DNA from: Microgenomates group bacterium GW2011_GWC1_46_15
GTDB taxonomy: Bacteria; Patescibacteriota; Microgenomatia; UBA1400; UBA12028
Reading direction: 5' to 3'
Assembly (NCBI GenBank): GCA_001002285.1
Contig: LCLX01000001.1
Span: 64,030 to 128,029, forward strand
Length of the DNA stretch: 64,000 nt
The translations under genes and the position numbers were made by a program. Of the stretch, positions 19,761-29,672 are shown piece after piece (position 1 is the first letter of the stretch; each line of letters opens with the position of its first letter). The notes under the pieces are model-generated. The model saw only the letters and a list, made by a program, of their open reading frames with translations, was not told the DNA's origin and ran no database searches.

Positions 19761-20705
19761 ATGATGCCCACCCATAAACCCATCCTTGTCCTCATTGATG
19801 GCCATGCTGTGGTGTTCCGCGCGTTTTACGCGTTCCCACCGCTTACGACCTCCGAGGGCGAGTTGGTCAACGCAGTCTATGGATTCACGCGCATCGTTCT
19901 TAAAGTGATCCGAGACCTTCATCCTGAGTACATCGCGGTATCGTTTGACATGGCGAAACCAACATTTCGGCATACCGCGTTTGCGGGATACAAAGCCCAG
20001 CGCAAAGAAGTGCCGAGTGAGTTGTTGGGTCAGTTGGGACGGGTGCACGAAGTGGTACGGGCTCTCAATATTCCTATTTTTGAAATTGGAGGGTACGAAG
20101 CGGACGACATTATTGGAACAATAGCAAAAAAAGCCGCGGGAAAGTCATTAAAAACGATTATCGTAACTGGCGACCGCGACGCATACCAATTAGTGAAAGA
20201 CGGAATTGTTACGGTGTACATGCCACCTCGCGGAAATGATGATGCAAGAGAATACGCGGAAGAAGATGTGAAAGAAAAAATGGGCATTGGGCCAGATCAG
20301 ATTATTGATTACAAGGCGCTCGCGGGAGACGCGTCAGACAACATCCCAGGAGTTGCCGGCGTTGGTCCAAAAACAGCGATCACGTTGTTACAAACATTTG
20401 GTTCTGTAGATGGAATTTATAAAGCATTAGTGCATCCTCAAAAACTGACACCAAAACGAAAAGTCGTCTTAAAAGAATCATTAGTGAAAAAACTTGTGGA
20501 CAGTCACGAAAACGCACTGCTCAGCCAGAAGCTTGCAACAATTGATTGTGATGTTCCGCTCACGTTTAACGTAAAAGATTGCGCGGTCTCCGGCTATGAC
20601 AAAAAAACCGCGGTAGAGCTCATACAAAAACTTGGATTTAAAAGTTTAGTGAACATGTTGCCGGCAGACGAGTTTGAGCAGGAAGTTCAGGGAGCGCTGT
20701 TCTAA
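19761..20705 (+). CDS. stand-alone 5'-3' exonuclease / flap endonuclease (Pol I N-terminal-like domain)
   Basis: LVLIDGHAVVFRAFYA, GYEADDIIGT, TGDRDAYQL and ALAGDASDNIPGVAGVGPKTA (H3TH) are the canonical 53EXO motifs. No polymerase domain follows. Confidence 0.85.
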   Translation: MMPTHKPILVLIDGHAVVFRAFYAFPPLTTSEGELVNAVYGFTRIVLKVIRDLHPEYIAVSFDMAKPTFRHTAFAGYKAQRKEVPSELLGQLGRVHEVVRALNIPIFEIGGYEADDIIGTIAKKAAGKSLKTIIVTGDRDAYQLVKDGIVTVYMPPRGNDDAREYAEEDVKEKMGIGPDQIIDYKALAGDASDNIPGVAGVGPKTAITLLQTFGSVDGIYKALVHPQKLTPKRKVVLKESLVKKLVDSHENALLSQKLATIDCDVPLTFNVKDCAVSGYDKKTAVELIQKLGFKSLVNMLPADEFEQEVQGALF

Positions 20706-21820
20706 TGAAAAACACACGCAGCCTACGTGTCGCATTAGTTCATGATTATTTCCGCGAGTACGGTGGTGCAGAACGCGTTGTTGAGACGCTGCACGAGATG
20801 TTTCCAAACGCGCCGGGGTACACGGCATTTGTGGATAAACACGCGTTAGGAAAACAATGGCAGCGATTTGCCAACTGGGATATTCGAGAATCTTGGGCGG
20901 CACGCATTCCCGGTATTAAAACACTCTATTCGCCACTGCGTATTTTTTCTGCACAATTTTTTGAGTCATTCGATTTTTCCGCATATGATCTCGTCATTTC
21001 ATCAACAAATATGTACATGGCAAAAGCCGTGCGGACACAACCGCCAACAAAACATCTCTGCTACTGCCACACACCGCCACGCTCACTTTATGGCTACACC
21101 ACGATGATGGACTGGAAAAAGAATCCGGTAATCCGCGTTGGTGGAGAACTGATTAATCACTTTATGAGGATGATTGATTTCCGCACCGCGCAAAACCCAG
21201 ATCTTTTTATCGCGAACTCAAAAGAAGTTCAGCGCCGCATTCAAAAGTTTTACCGCCGTGATAGCGTAGTGGTATATCCACCGATTCATGTTCCGTCTAC
21301 TCCGCCAGCCCAATCAGCAAAAAAAGAAAACTTCGTCCTGTATGTTGGAAGACTTGGTGCGAGCAAACATGTTGATGTCGTGATTAAGACATGCAATCAA
21401 CTCAAACGGCCACTCAAACTTGTTGGTGTTGGCCGCGATATGGAGTACTTGAAATCGATTGCTGGTCCATCAGTGGAGTTTTTGGGAAGTGTGTCTGATG
21501 AAATACTGCATGGTTTGTACGCCCGCGCCCACGTGCTTATCTATCCCGCGGAAGACGAAGACTTTGGCATGATTCCGGTTGAAGCGATGGCGTATGGAAC
21601 ACCGGTGATTGTTCATCACTCCGGTGGATTTTTGGAGACGGTGATTGAGGGAAAGACGGGGGTGTTTATACATGAACTTACCACGAGCGCGATGATTGAA
21701 GCATTACACAAAGCCGATCGCGTAGAGTGGGATCCGCGCAAACTTTACGACCACGCAAAAACATTTTCAAAAGAGCGGTTTACGAAAGAAATATTGCGTG
21801 TTATTTCACAAGTTCAGTAG
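20705..21820 (+). CDS. glycosyltransferase family 4 (GT-B fold)
   Basis: The C-terminal E-x7-E region PAEDEDFGMIPVEAMAYGTPVI is typical of GT4. Confidence 0.75.
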   Translation: MKNTRSLRVALVHDYFREYGGAERVVETLHEMFPNAPGYTAFVDKHALGKQWQRFANWDIRESWAARIPGIKTLYSPLRIFSAQFFESFDFSAYDLVISSTNMYMAKAVRTQPPTKHLCYCHTPPRSLYGYTTMMDWKKNPVIRVGGELINHFMRMIDFRTAQNPDLFIANSKEVQRRIQKFYRRDSVVVYPPIHVPSTPPAQSAKKENFVLYVGRLGASKHVDVVIKTCNQLKRPLKLVGVGRDMEYLKSIAGPSVEFLGSVSDEILHGLYARAHVLIYPAEDEDFGMIPVEAMAYGTPVIVHHSGGFLETVIEGKTGVFIHELTTSAMIEALHKADRVEWDPRKLYDHAKTFSKERFTKEILRVISQVQ

Positions 21821-21824
21821 AGAG

Positions 21825-23342
21825 TTATTTCTGCGGAGTGAGTTTAATAAACGCTACGCTGTTCGGGAGCATAGGGATTTGAACACGCAACTCCGCTTCA
21901 GTTGTTGCGACTTGCGCCGATCGTTGCATCCCGTCCAAAAATGTTTGTTCCAAAAGAAATGATTGATCTAAAAGGTTTGTAAACGTAACAGGAACCGTTT
22001 CGCCGTGTTTGCCAACGGGGTCAAAGTTTGCAAGTACAACCGTAACAGCATCACCTAGCCGCGCGGCCATTCCTTTTACCCACGTTCCTTTTCCAAGCAG
22101 TTGAAGCCGCTGATCACCAATGCGGTCAATCAATCGAAGTGCCGCATACCGCGGCTTTTGCCGTGATCCACTGGACTGGCTGGTAAACAACCCCCACCGT
22201 CCCCAGTACTGTTTACCCGCGGGGTCTGTACTGTCCTGAATCTCGAACACAAACCCGCGCTGAACACTTCCCATCATCTCGCTCGCCACCGCGGCCGTAT
22301 GCGCAGCCCCGTACCCTCCGTCATAGCCCGCGTCGTTTTTGGGATCGTGACCCCACTCGGTAATATGAAACTCTAGCGTAGGATACTGCGGATACGCGTC
22401 AAGCCACTCTTTGGCATTCGCAACATCTTTTTGATACACGTCAATCTCGCGGTCATACCGGTGCCATGAGAAAAAATCCAACCGTAGTCGATTATCCGAC
22501 GCAAACTTCAACACATTATCAAACCAGTTTTTGTAGAGCGCGGTGATTGCGGGTCCGCCAAACTTAAACGGCTTTGCCCCGTTATCCGCGGCCGCATCAG
22601 CGCCACGTGCTGCGTACGAATACAGCGTAAGATAATTTTTTGGTCCGTATGTTTTCCATCCGCCAAACAAGTCTGGCTCGTTCCACACTTCATAGATGAC
22701 ATTGTCAATCCCGCGGTCTTTGCTTAGGTGCTCGACCGTTTTTTGAATGACGAGCTGATACGCACCCCAATCGGTTGGAGTACCGGTAATATCACCATTT
22801 GGCGCGAGTGACATTGGCGTATATGAAAGTGAGACATATGGTTTCGCGCCAACTGCGAGAATGTCAGAAATAATAAGATCAAATTTTTCCCAGTGAAAAG
22901 TTAAGTTCCTTGGAGTGCCTTGCACAATGTCATAAAAATCGTAAATATGATCAATGCGGATGTATTCTGGATGCAACGCTTTCACTTGATCTAAAATAGG
23001 GGTGATCCGCCAATTTTTATCTTCACCGCCTTGAGCAAGATTCCGCCACGGGCGGGGCATGGGCCCAAGCACCGCCTGCGTATCAATCATGATGTTTGCG
23101 GGATCTCCAGTCGCGCCAATAAACAATAGGCGGAGCGTTTTGATGTTTAAGACACCAAGGACAATGCCAAGACCTAAAATAGCCAAAGGCAATAGAATAC
23201 TCATCGCTTGCTTTATATGCGATTTTTTCGATGGAAACCGCCCAGAAAAACTTGACGAAGATGATGAAGGGGGAGAAAAAATCTTCACGTATCCAGCGTA
23301 TGGGAAGGTTGGCATAAATGCAAGGCTGTGGTATTCTCCCAA
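21825..23342 (-). CDS. membrane-anchored glycoside hydrolase, clan GH-A (GH5/GH39-like TIM barrel)
   Basis: Catalytic acid/base context VIYEVWNEPDLFG and nucleophile context FHITEWGHD. N-terminal signal/anchor MSILLPLAILGLGIVLGV (alternative start 23204). Confidence 0.55.
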   Translation of the reverse strand: MGEYHSLAFMPTFPYAGYVKIFSPPSSSSSSFSGRFPSKKSHIKQAMSILLPLAILGLGIVLGVLNIKTLRLLFIGATGDPANIMIDTQAVLGPMPRPWRNLAQGGEDKNWRITPILDQVKALHPEYIRIDHIYDFYDIVQGTPRNLTFHWEKFDLIISDILAVGAKPYVSLSYTPMSLAPNGDITGTPTDWGAYQLVIQKTVEHLSKDRGIDNVIYEVWNEPDLFGGWKTYGPKNYLTLYSYAARGADAAADNGAKPFKFGGPAITALYKNWFDNVLKFASDNRLRLDFFSWHRYDREIDVYQKDVANAKEWLDAYPQYPTLEFHITEWGHDPKNDAGYDGGYGAAHTAAVASEMMGSVQRGFVFEIQDSTDPAGKQYWGRWGLFTSQSSGSRQKPRYAALRLIDRIGDQRLQLLGKGTWVKGMAARLGDAVTVVLANFDPVGKHGETVPVTFTNLLDQSFLLEQTFLDGMQRSAQVATTEAELRVQIPMLPNSVAFIKLTPQK

Positions 23343-23353
23343 CGGAGGGGAAT

Positions 23354-23665
23354 ATGAAATTTTCTAGAGAAGATGGAGCAAGAAGAGTGCTACTTGGAAG
23401 TGCTGAGGGGGCAAAGGTGACTAATCCAGTATTTTTTGAATGTGATGTAGACTCAATACAACCTTATCTTCTCAAAGATATTGTTGTGGACAAGACAATG
23501 TTTGTCCATGCGAACCAGAAGCTTGGACTTATGTTACTGATTCTTGCTGAGGGAACATATGGTGATGGAACTCCCTGTTTTATCCTCGGTATAGAGGGCA
23601 AAAGGTATCTTCGCGTCCCGAAACAGAGTAAAAAGCTCAAACTCTTTCTTGGTAGTCAGGGATAA
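23354..23665 (+). CDS. hypothetical protein
   Basis: 103-aa ORF with a good RBS (GGAGGGGAAT ATG). No motif recognised. Confidence 0.35.
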   Translation: MKFSREDGARRVLLGSAEGAKVTNPVFFECDVDSIQPYLLKDIVVDKTMFVHANQKLGLMLLILAEGTYGDGTPCFILGIEGKRYLRVPKQSKKLKLFLGSQG

Positions 23666-23704
23666 TTCTCCTAATTTTTCACATTTTTCCTATAAAAACT
23701 CTTC

Positions 23705-23742
23705 TTGACACCCAATTAGCACTCATGCTATTATTCTGCTAA
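23705..23742 (+). promoter_or_regulatory. sigma-A-like promoter (TTGACA at 23705-23710) overlapping a degenerate CIRCE operator (TTAGCACTC-N9-TTCTGCTAA, 23716-23742) upstream of hrcA
   Basis: The left half-site matches the CIRCE consensus TTAGCACTC perfectly. The right half matches 6 of 9 (consensus GAGTGCTAA). It lies directly upstream of hrcA-grpE-dnaK-dnaJ. Confidence 0.6.
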
Positions 23743-23753
23743 TTGGAGGACGA

Positions 23754-24488
23754 ATGATTGATCTCACCTCGAGACAAATTCAGATTTTGCGCGCTGTTAT
23801 AGAAGAGTATTTGGAGACAGCGGAAGCGGTTGGGTCGGAGACGATCGACCGTAAATACAACCTTGGTGTTTCCCCTGCAACAATCCGCAACGAGATGGTT
23901 TATCTTTCCGAGCAGGGCTATCTTAAACAGCTGCACACCTCCGCGGGGCGCGTTCCAACTCCGCTGGCACTCAAACTCTATGTGAAAGAGTTGATGAACA
24001 AAAAAAACTTATCTGTTGCTGATGAAGTTTCAGTCAAGGAAAATATTTGGGAAAATCGTGATAATCTCGAACACCTTCTTCGTCATGCCGCAAAAGAATT
24101 GGCTGACCGAACAAAATCCATCGGTATTGCACTCACCGACGATCATCAAACATATGCGTCGGGATACGCGTATCTACTCAACATTCCCGAGTTTATGAAC
24201 ATTGATGTTACGCGCACACTGTTTTCTTTGTTGGAAGAAACGCAACAGCTTGAACACATTTTTCATAAAGAAAGCACGGGGGAAGAAATCGTTCACATGG
24301 TTTTTGGTGGAGATCTTGGAAATCAATATCTTGATCCGGTAAGTATTTTGTTTACAAACTTTACGTGCGCAAATACGCGGTGCTCGCTTGGAGTGATTGG
24401 ATCCAACAGCGTCGATTATTCATACATTATTCCCATGCTAGAGCATGTACATAACATGATGGCAACGCTTGTTCCTGGAAAAAAGTAG
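23754..24488 (+). CDS. hrcA: heat-inducible transcription repressor HrcA
   Basis: LTSRQIQILRAVIEEYLETAEAVGSETI...ATIRNEMVYLSEQGYL matches the HrcA N-terminal winged helix. Sits in the operon with grpE-dnaK-dnaJ. Confidence 0.85.
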   Translation: MIDLTSRQIQILRAVIEEYLETAEAVGSETIDRKYNLGVSPATIRNEMVYLSEQGYLKQLHTSAGRVPTPLALKLYVKELMNKKNLSVADEVSVKENIWENRDNLEHLLRHAAKELADRTKSIGIALTDDHQTYASGYAYLLNIPEFMNIDVTRTLFSLLEETQQLEHIFHKESTGEEIVHMVFGGDLGNQYLDPVSILFTNFTCANTRCSLGVIGSNSVDYSYIIPMLEHVHNMMATLVPGKK

Positions 24489-24500
24489 AAAGGGCACACT

Positions 24501-25010
24501 ATGGCAGATAACACAAAGAAAAAACATCAACAAAAATTAACCCGCGATTCACGTGTAGAAGAGCTAGAAACTCAACTTATAGAGAAAGATACCGCGCATA
24601 AACGCGCGCTTGCGGACTATCAGAACTTGCAAAAGAACACGCGCGAAGAACACGAGCGGTTTGCAAAGATGGCTTCGGCGCTTTTGATTCAGGAGTTGCT
24701 TGTGCCGATTGATCATCTGGAAATGGCGGTTGCGCATATGAAAGATACATCTTTGGAGTTGATCCACCGCCAGTTTATGCAGGTTTTGGAAAGAGAGGGT
24801 GTAAAAGAAATTGAAACATTGGGAAAAACATTTGACCCGCACACCATGGATGCCATTGATACGGAAACAGGAGAGAAAGACAAAGTCATCCGTGTCGCGC
24901 AAAAAGGATACACGATCAGTGGTGTCATACTTCGTCCGGCCAAAGTCATTGTGGGCAAAGGAGAGAGTGATGATAAAAATAGTACAAAGGAAAAGGTAGT
25001 AGAAGAATAA
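24501..25010 (+). CDS. grpE: nucleotide exchange factor GrpE
   Basis: [13 protein letters not shown]...FDPHTMDAI...[17 protein letters not shown] is the GrpE signature. Confidence 0.85.
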   Translation: MADNTKKKHQQKLTRDSRVEELETQLIEKDTAHKRALADYQNLQKNTREEHERFAKMASALLIQELLVPIDHLEMAVAHMKDTSLELIHRQFMQVLEREGVKEIETLGKTFDPHTMDAIDTETGEKDKVIRVAQKGYTISGVILRPAKVIVGKGESDDKNSTKEKVVEE

Positions 25011-25021
25011 TAAGGAGGAAT

Positions 25022-26983
25022 ATGTCAAAAATCATAGGCATAGACTTAGGAACAACAAACTCGGCAGTTGCCGTGATGGAAGGTGGAACACCAAAAATCA
25101 TTCCAACCGCGGAAGGGCAAAACACGTTTCCGTCCATTGTAGAGCCGGTTAAGAACCTAGTTGGAGTTCCTGCCAAACGGCAGATGGTACTCAATCCAAA
25201 AAGTACAATCGTTTCGGTAAAACGTTTGATGGGGCGGAAACTCAGTGATCCGCAGGTTGAACTTACCAAGAAGCGTTTTGGATACAGCATTGTTGCTGGT
25301 AAAGATGGGATGGCCGCGGTTGAAGTGGCTGGTAAAACATATACGCCACAGGAAATTTCCGCTCGCATTCTTTCCAAAGCAAAAGCCGATGCCGAAGCAT
25401 ATTTGGGTAGCACGGTTGACCGTGCGGTGATCACTGTTCCCGCATACTTTGATGACTCACAGCGTCAGGCAACCAAGCAGGCCGGCGAGATTGCGGGACT
25501 CAAGGTTGAGCGCATTATCAACGAGCCAACCGCTGCTGCGCTTGCGTACGGTTTGGATAAAAAGAGCAACGAAACAATCGTTGTATACGACTTGGGTGGT
25601 GGAACGTTCGACATCACGGTGCTTGAAATTGGCGGCGGTGTATTTGAAGTAAAAGCAACCAATGGTGATACGTTCCTGGGTGGCGATGACTTTGACGCGA
25701 AGATCATTGATTGGATTATTTCGGAGTTCAAAAAAGAAAACGGTGTGGATTTGGGCAAAGATCCACAAGCGCTCCAGCGCGTTCGCGACGCAGCGGAAAA
25801 AGCGAAGATTGAACTCTCATCTGCTCAGCAGACCGAGATTAATCAGCCGTTCATCACGCAAAGCAAAGATGGGCCTGTTCATCTCACGATGACACTCACC
25901 CGTTCCAGGTTGGAAGAGTTGGTTGATGACCTCATCACAAAAACGTTTGGACCAGTAAAGCAGGCGCTCAAAGACGCCGGTATGACAACGGCAAAAGTGA
26001 ATGAAGTCATACTGGTTGGCGGAATGACGCGCATGCCAAAGGTGCAGTCTGAAGTGAAAAAATTCTTCGGCAAGGAGCCACACAAAGGGGTAAACCCCGA
26101 TGAAGTGGTCGCGGTTGGCGCGGCGGTACAAGGCGGTGTGATCGGCGGCGATGTCAAAGATATTGTTCTGCTCGATGTTACTCCGCTTACGCTTGGACTG
26201 GAAACAATGGGTGGCATCCGCACCGCATTGATTCAACGCAACACCACAGTGCCAACGAGCAAGTCGCAGATCTTCTCAACCGCGGCGGACAACCAAACGC
26301 AAGTGGAGATCAATGTACTGCAGGGTGAACGCGAAATGGCAGTGGACAACAAGTCGCTTGGCCGGTTCATTCTTGATGGTATCCCGCCAGCGATGCGTGG
26401 TATGCCTCAAATCGAGGTAACGTTCGACATTGACGCGAACGGCATTCTGCACGTTACAGCGAAAGATAAAACGTCGGGCAAAGAGCAGAAAATCTCGATT
26501 CAGAACTCGACAAACTTGTCAGAAGCAGAAATCGAGCGGATGAAGAATGAAGCTGAAAAGCACGCCGATGAAGACAAGAAGAAGAAAGAGTCGGCCGAGT
26601 CGCGCAACAACGCGCTTCACGTTTCATTTGAGATTGAGAAACAACTCAAAGAACACGGAGACAAGTTGCCGGAAGAAGAGCGCAAGAAAATTGAGGAAAA
26701 CGTGAAGAAGCTCAAAGAGCTTGCTGAAAAACCCGAGTCCACAAAAGAAGAGTTGGACACGGCTTCACAAGAAACGTTGACCTCCGCGCAAAAAATCGGC
26801 GAGATTTTAGCAAAGCAGAACGCGGCACAACCTCAGGGGGCAGCCCAAGGTGGAGATGCGGCGCAGGCAGCGGGTGACAGTGCTGGCGAAGGTGAAGAGA
26901 AAAAAGGTGAGGAAAAGAAAACAAAGAAAAATGGAAAAGCACATAAAGGCAATGTTGAAGAAGGCGAAGTCGTAAAAAAGTAA
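25022..26983 (+). CDS. dnaK: chaperone DnaK (Hsp70)
   Basis: [30 protein letters not shown] and [12 protein letters not shown]-terminal acidic/GG tail. Confidence 0.95.
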   Translation: MSKIIGIDLGTTNSAVAVMEGGTPKIIPTAEGQNTFPSIVEPVKNLVGVPAKRQMVLNPKSTIVSVKRLMGRKLSDPQVELTKKRFGYSIVAGKDGMAAVEVAGKTYTPQEISARILSKAKADAEAYLGSTVDRAVITVPAYFDDSQRQATKQAGEIAGLKVERIINEPTAAALAYGLDKKSNETIVVYDLGGGTFDITVLEIGGGVFEVKATNGDTFLGGDDFDAKIIDWIISEFKKENGVDLGKDPQALQRVRDAAEKAKIELSSAQQTEINQPFITQSKDGPVHLTMTLTRSRLEELVDDLITKTFGPVKQALKDAGMTTAKVNEVILVGGMTRMPKVQSEVKKFFGKEPHKGVNPDEVVAVGAAVQGGVIGGDVKDIVLLDVTPLTLGLETMGGIRTALIQRNTTVPTSKSQIFSTAADNQTQVEINVLQGEREMAVDNKSLGRFILDGIPPAMRGMPQIEVTFDIDANGILHVTAKDKTSGKEQKISIQNSTNLSEAEIERMKNEAEKHADEDKKKKESAESRNNALHVSFEIEKQLKEHGDKLPEEERKKIEENVKKLKELAEKPESTKEELDTASQETLTSAQKIGEILAKQNAAQPQGAAQGGDAAQAAGDSAGEGEEKKGEEKKTKKNGKAHKGNVEEGEVVKK

Positions 26984-26987
26984 ACGT

Positions 26988-27034
26988 GAACCGCCGCCTT
27001 CTCGATTAAACATCTGGAGGGTGGCGGTTTTTTG
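26988..27034 (+). terminator. rho-independent terminator after dnaK
   Basis: aaCCGCCGCC..loop..GGTGGCGG, followed by TTTTTT. Confidence 0.6.
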
Positions 27035-27077
27035 ATCTATAATAGACTTATCTCACGACAAGTCTAATCAGTACCTT

Positions 27078-27947
27078 ATGACAACCAAACGCGATTTTTA
27101 CGATATTTTGAGTGTAAGCAAATCGGCTTCTAAAGACGAGATTAAAGCCGCGTACCGTAAGTTAGCATTGCAGTACCATCCCGACCGCAATAAAGCCGCG
27201 GATGCGGAGCAAAGATTTAAAGAAATTAACGAAGCATATCAAGCGCTGAGCGACGACGAAAAGCGCAAGGCATATGATCAGTTTGGCCATGCGGCGTTTG
27301 ACCCCGCTTCCGGCTTTGGAAGTAATCCATTTACCGGTGGTTCCCGCCAGGGTCCATTTACATATACATATAGTTCAACAAGCGGAAATCCGTTCGCTGG
27401 GTTTGACTTTGGCGAAGGTGGGGGTGACCCATTTGAGATCTTTGAAAGTTTCTTTGGTGGAAGCAATCCATTTGGCGGTCGTGCGCGCAGGAAGCCGCGA
27501 TATACATTGACAATTTCATTTATGGAAGCCGCAAAAGGAACAGAAAAAAAAGTTGCGATTGACGGACAAGAGCACGTCATTAAAATTCCCGCCGGCGCAG
27601 ACGATGGGACACGCATCCGGTTTAACGAGTTTGATATCACACTCAATGTTCAGCCCGATACGACGTTTAAACGTGATGGATACGATCTTTATATTGACCG
27701 CGAAATTCCATTTGCTACCGCAGCACTTGGCGGCACCATTGACGTGCCAACACTTGAGGGTGAGATGACACTCAAAATCCGTCCCGGCACGCAACCCAAC
27801 ACAATGATCCGGTTGCGCGGAAGTGGTATTCAAGAAATTAACGGTCGTGGTCGCGGTGATTTGTATGTTCGTATCATTGTTCGTGTTCCGGAAAAACTTA
27901 CTCGCAGACAACGCGAGCTTATTGAAGAGTTTGATCTTTCCGACTAG
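27078..27947 (+). CDS. dnaJ: DnaJ-class co-chaperone lacking the CxxCxGxG zinc-finger domain (CbpA/type II-like)
   Basis: J-domain DFYDILSVSKSASKDEIKAAYRKLALQYHPDRNK, a G/F-rich region, and C-terminal beta-domains. No Cys repeats anywhere. Confidence 0.8.
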   Translation: MTTKRDFYDILSVSKSASKDEIKAAYRKLALQYHPDRNKAADAEQRFKEINEAYQALSDDEKRKAYDQFGHAAFDPASGFGSNPFTGGSRQGPFTYTYSSTSGNPFAGFDFGEGGGDPFEIFESFFGGSNPFGGRARRKPRYTLTISFMEAAKGTEKKVAIDGQEHVIKIPAGADDGTRIRFNEFDITLNVQPDTTFKRDGYDLYIDREIPFATAALGGTIDVPTLEGEMTLKIRPGTQPNTMIRLRGSGIQEINGRGRGDLYVRIIVRVPEKLTRRQRELIEEFDLSD

Positions 27948-27972
27948 ATTTATAAATCACAGTAGTAATTTT

Positions 27973-28665
27973 TTACATCATTCCATGTTCACGAAATGAA
28001 AATGCATCATCCTTCGTCAAAATCATGTGATCGGCCAACTCTATTCCAAGGAGTTCGGCGCCCGCGCGGATTCGTTTTGTAAACACAATATCTTCCTCTG
28101 ATGGCTGTGGATTTCCCGATGGGTGGTTGTGCACCAAAATCAGCGAAGAAACGGGATATTGTTTGATTGGCAAAAACACATCACGGGGATAAATCAATGT
28201 CTGATTCAACGATCCCATCGCCAATACTTCTTTGTGTTCCAGCGTATACCGCGCGTTTAAATACAAACACACGATCATTTCTTTTTGTGATTCACGCATA
28301 TCGTGTAAAAATGCCGCAACCGCGTTTGGCGAAGTAAGTGGCGTTGAAGTTTCCATCCGCAGACGTTCTGCAAGTTCCCACACCGCGAGTACCATGCAGG
28401 CCTTTGCTTTCCCGATCCCCTTAATCCGCAAGAGCGTGTTCACATTGATTGTTGCAAGCGATTGTTTTTGCAGGAGTTCTGCCAGAGTTTTTGCCACAAC
28501 TTCAACAGACCGCGTTTTTGTTCCCGTTCCCAGTAAAATACAGAACAGTTCGTAGGTATGAAGTGCTTTTGGCCCAAGCGCAAGCAAACGCTCACGTGGT
28601 TTTAGCGGAGAACTTCCAGTAGTAGTGCGTGGTTTTTTTGAAGATAGACTTGAAAAAGCGTCCAT
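27973..28665 (-). CDS. radC: RadC-like JAB/MPN domain protein
   Basis: HhH-like N-terminus and the JAMM motif ILVHNHPSGNPQPSEEDI. Confidence 0.8.
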   Translation of the reverse strand: MDAFSSLSSKKPRTTTGSSPLKPRERLLALGPKALHTYELFCILLGTGTKTRSVEVVAKTLAELLQKQSLATINVNTLLRIKGIGKAKACMVLAVWELAERLRMETSTPLTSPNAVAAFLHDMRESQKEMIVCLYLNARYTLEHKEVLAMGSLNQTLIYPRDVFLPIKQYPVSSLILVHNHPSGNPQPSEEDIVFTKRIRAGAELLGIELADHMILTKDDAFSFREHGMM

Positions 28666-28668
28666 ACA

Positions 28669-29016
28669 CTACACTGTAGAGCAGAAATCTTGCAAACACC
28701 TTACGAAATCATTATTGGTCTCAATGAATTTGGTGTCTGCGGGAAAAAGATGCCGACGTTCCATGAGTCCAAACACAAAAAGAGGAATTCTTTTTAAGGA
28801 AGGCTTTTTTTGTAACACTTCTAAAAACATTGAAACTTCAAAAATAGGAAGTGCTCCGTCCAAAATAATCAGATCGGGAGGAGTTAAAATAATGTGCACA
28901 AGTGCGTCTGCAATAGCGCGCGCGGAGTTTGGTTCACATGTAATATTTTGTGTGAGTTCGTGATATACTCTACGTGTGCGAGAGTTCTGACTGATAAAAA
29001 GCACTTGAGGTAACAT
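28669..29016 (-). CDS. CheY-like receiver-domain protein with a degenerate acidic pocket
   Basis: VLFISQN...PDLIILDGALPIFEVSMFLEVLQKKPSLKRIPLFVF follows the receiver beta-alpha pattern and has the phospho-acceptor Asp, but the DD pair is replaced by SQN. Sits 4 nt from radC. Confidence 0.4.
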   Translation of the reverse strand: MLPQVLFISQNSRTRRVYHELTQNITCEPNSARAIADALVHIILTPPDLIILDGALPIFEVSMFLEVLQKKPSLKRIPLFVFGLMERRHLFPADTKFIETNNDFVRCLQDFCSTV

Positions 29017-29095
29017 AAGTAGGGTATCTATCTAAGATAGGTAAAACTCTACATTGAGAAGATACTCTTGTCAAGGGGATAAGAGAAAAAAAGAT

Positions 29096-29446
29096 ATGTA
29101 CGACAAAAAAATGCTCGGAAAACGAATTCGGGAAGCGCGCAACCGGGCGGGACTATCACAACAACAGTTGGCGTCTGCAATCGGTGTTTCAGATAAAACA
29201 ATTTCGGCGTACGAAGTCGGACGCGTTGACCCCCCACTTGAGTCTTTGGACAAACTAAGCACCGTCACAAAACACCCCGTTGGATTTTTTATTGGCGATG
29301 TTTCCAGCAATATTGAAGCTCGTCTGAACAGTATTCTTTTTGAACTAGAGGAAATTTGTGGAGTTCTTAAAGATACCGGTATGGTAAAGACGAGTGTTGT
29401 CAAAGAGGCGATGGCAAAAAGATCTTCACTATCTTCTCAAGAATAG
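29096..29446 (+). CDS. XRE-family helix-turn-helix transcription regulator
   Basis: LGKRIREARNRAGLSQQQLASAIGVSDKTISAYEVGRVDP is a canonical Cro/C1-type HTH. Confidence 0.65.
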   Translation: MYDKKMLGKRIREARNRAGLSQQQLASAIGVSDKTISAYEVGRVDPPLESLDKLSTVTKHPVGFFIGDVSSNIEARLNSILFELEEICGVLKDTGMVKTSVVKEAMAKRSSLSSQE

Positions 29447-29480
29447 TGTGTATTTGCTGAATTTTTTATAGTGTTTCCTG

Positions 29481-29489
29481 ATATAATGC
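29481..29489 (+). promoter_or_regulatory. extended -10 element TGATATAAT upstream of tRNA-Ser
   Basis: cctGATATAATgct, about 70 nt upstream of the tRNA. Confidence 0.4.
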
Positions 29490-29558
29490 TCCCGTTAGTA
29501 TGAATGGCCTCTTGGAGGAGTCGTCCCACAAGGGGACTTCTAATTGTAAAAATATTTT

Positions 29559-29643
29559 GGAGGAGTCGCATAGTGGCCAATTGCACGTGCTTGGAAAGCA
29601 CGAGCCCGCAAGGGCTCCGTGGGTTCAAATCCCACCTCCTCCG
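29559..29643 (+). tRNA. tRNA-Ser (anticodon GGA), type II with long variable arm; CCA not encoded
   Basis: Hand-folded. Acceptor GGAGGAG/CTCCTCC, 3-bp D stem, anticodon stem CGTGC/GCACG, loop TTGGAAA, variable arm AGCCCGCAAGGGCTC, T-loop GTTCAAATC. Confidence 0.85.
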
Positions 29644-29672
29644 CAGAGAAAGAGTACAATAATAAAACGGCT

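Noticed and set aside
28669-29016. A functional two-component response regulator
   Set aside because: There is no output domain, no histidine kinase anywhere in the window, and the acidic pocket is degenerate. Described only as a receiver-like single-domain protein.
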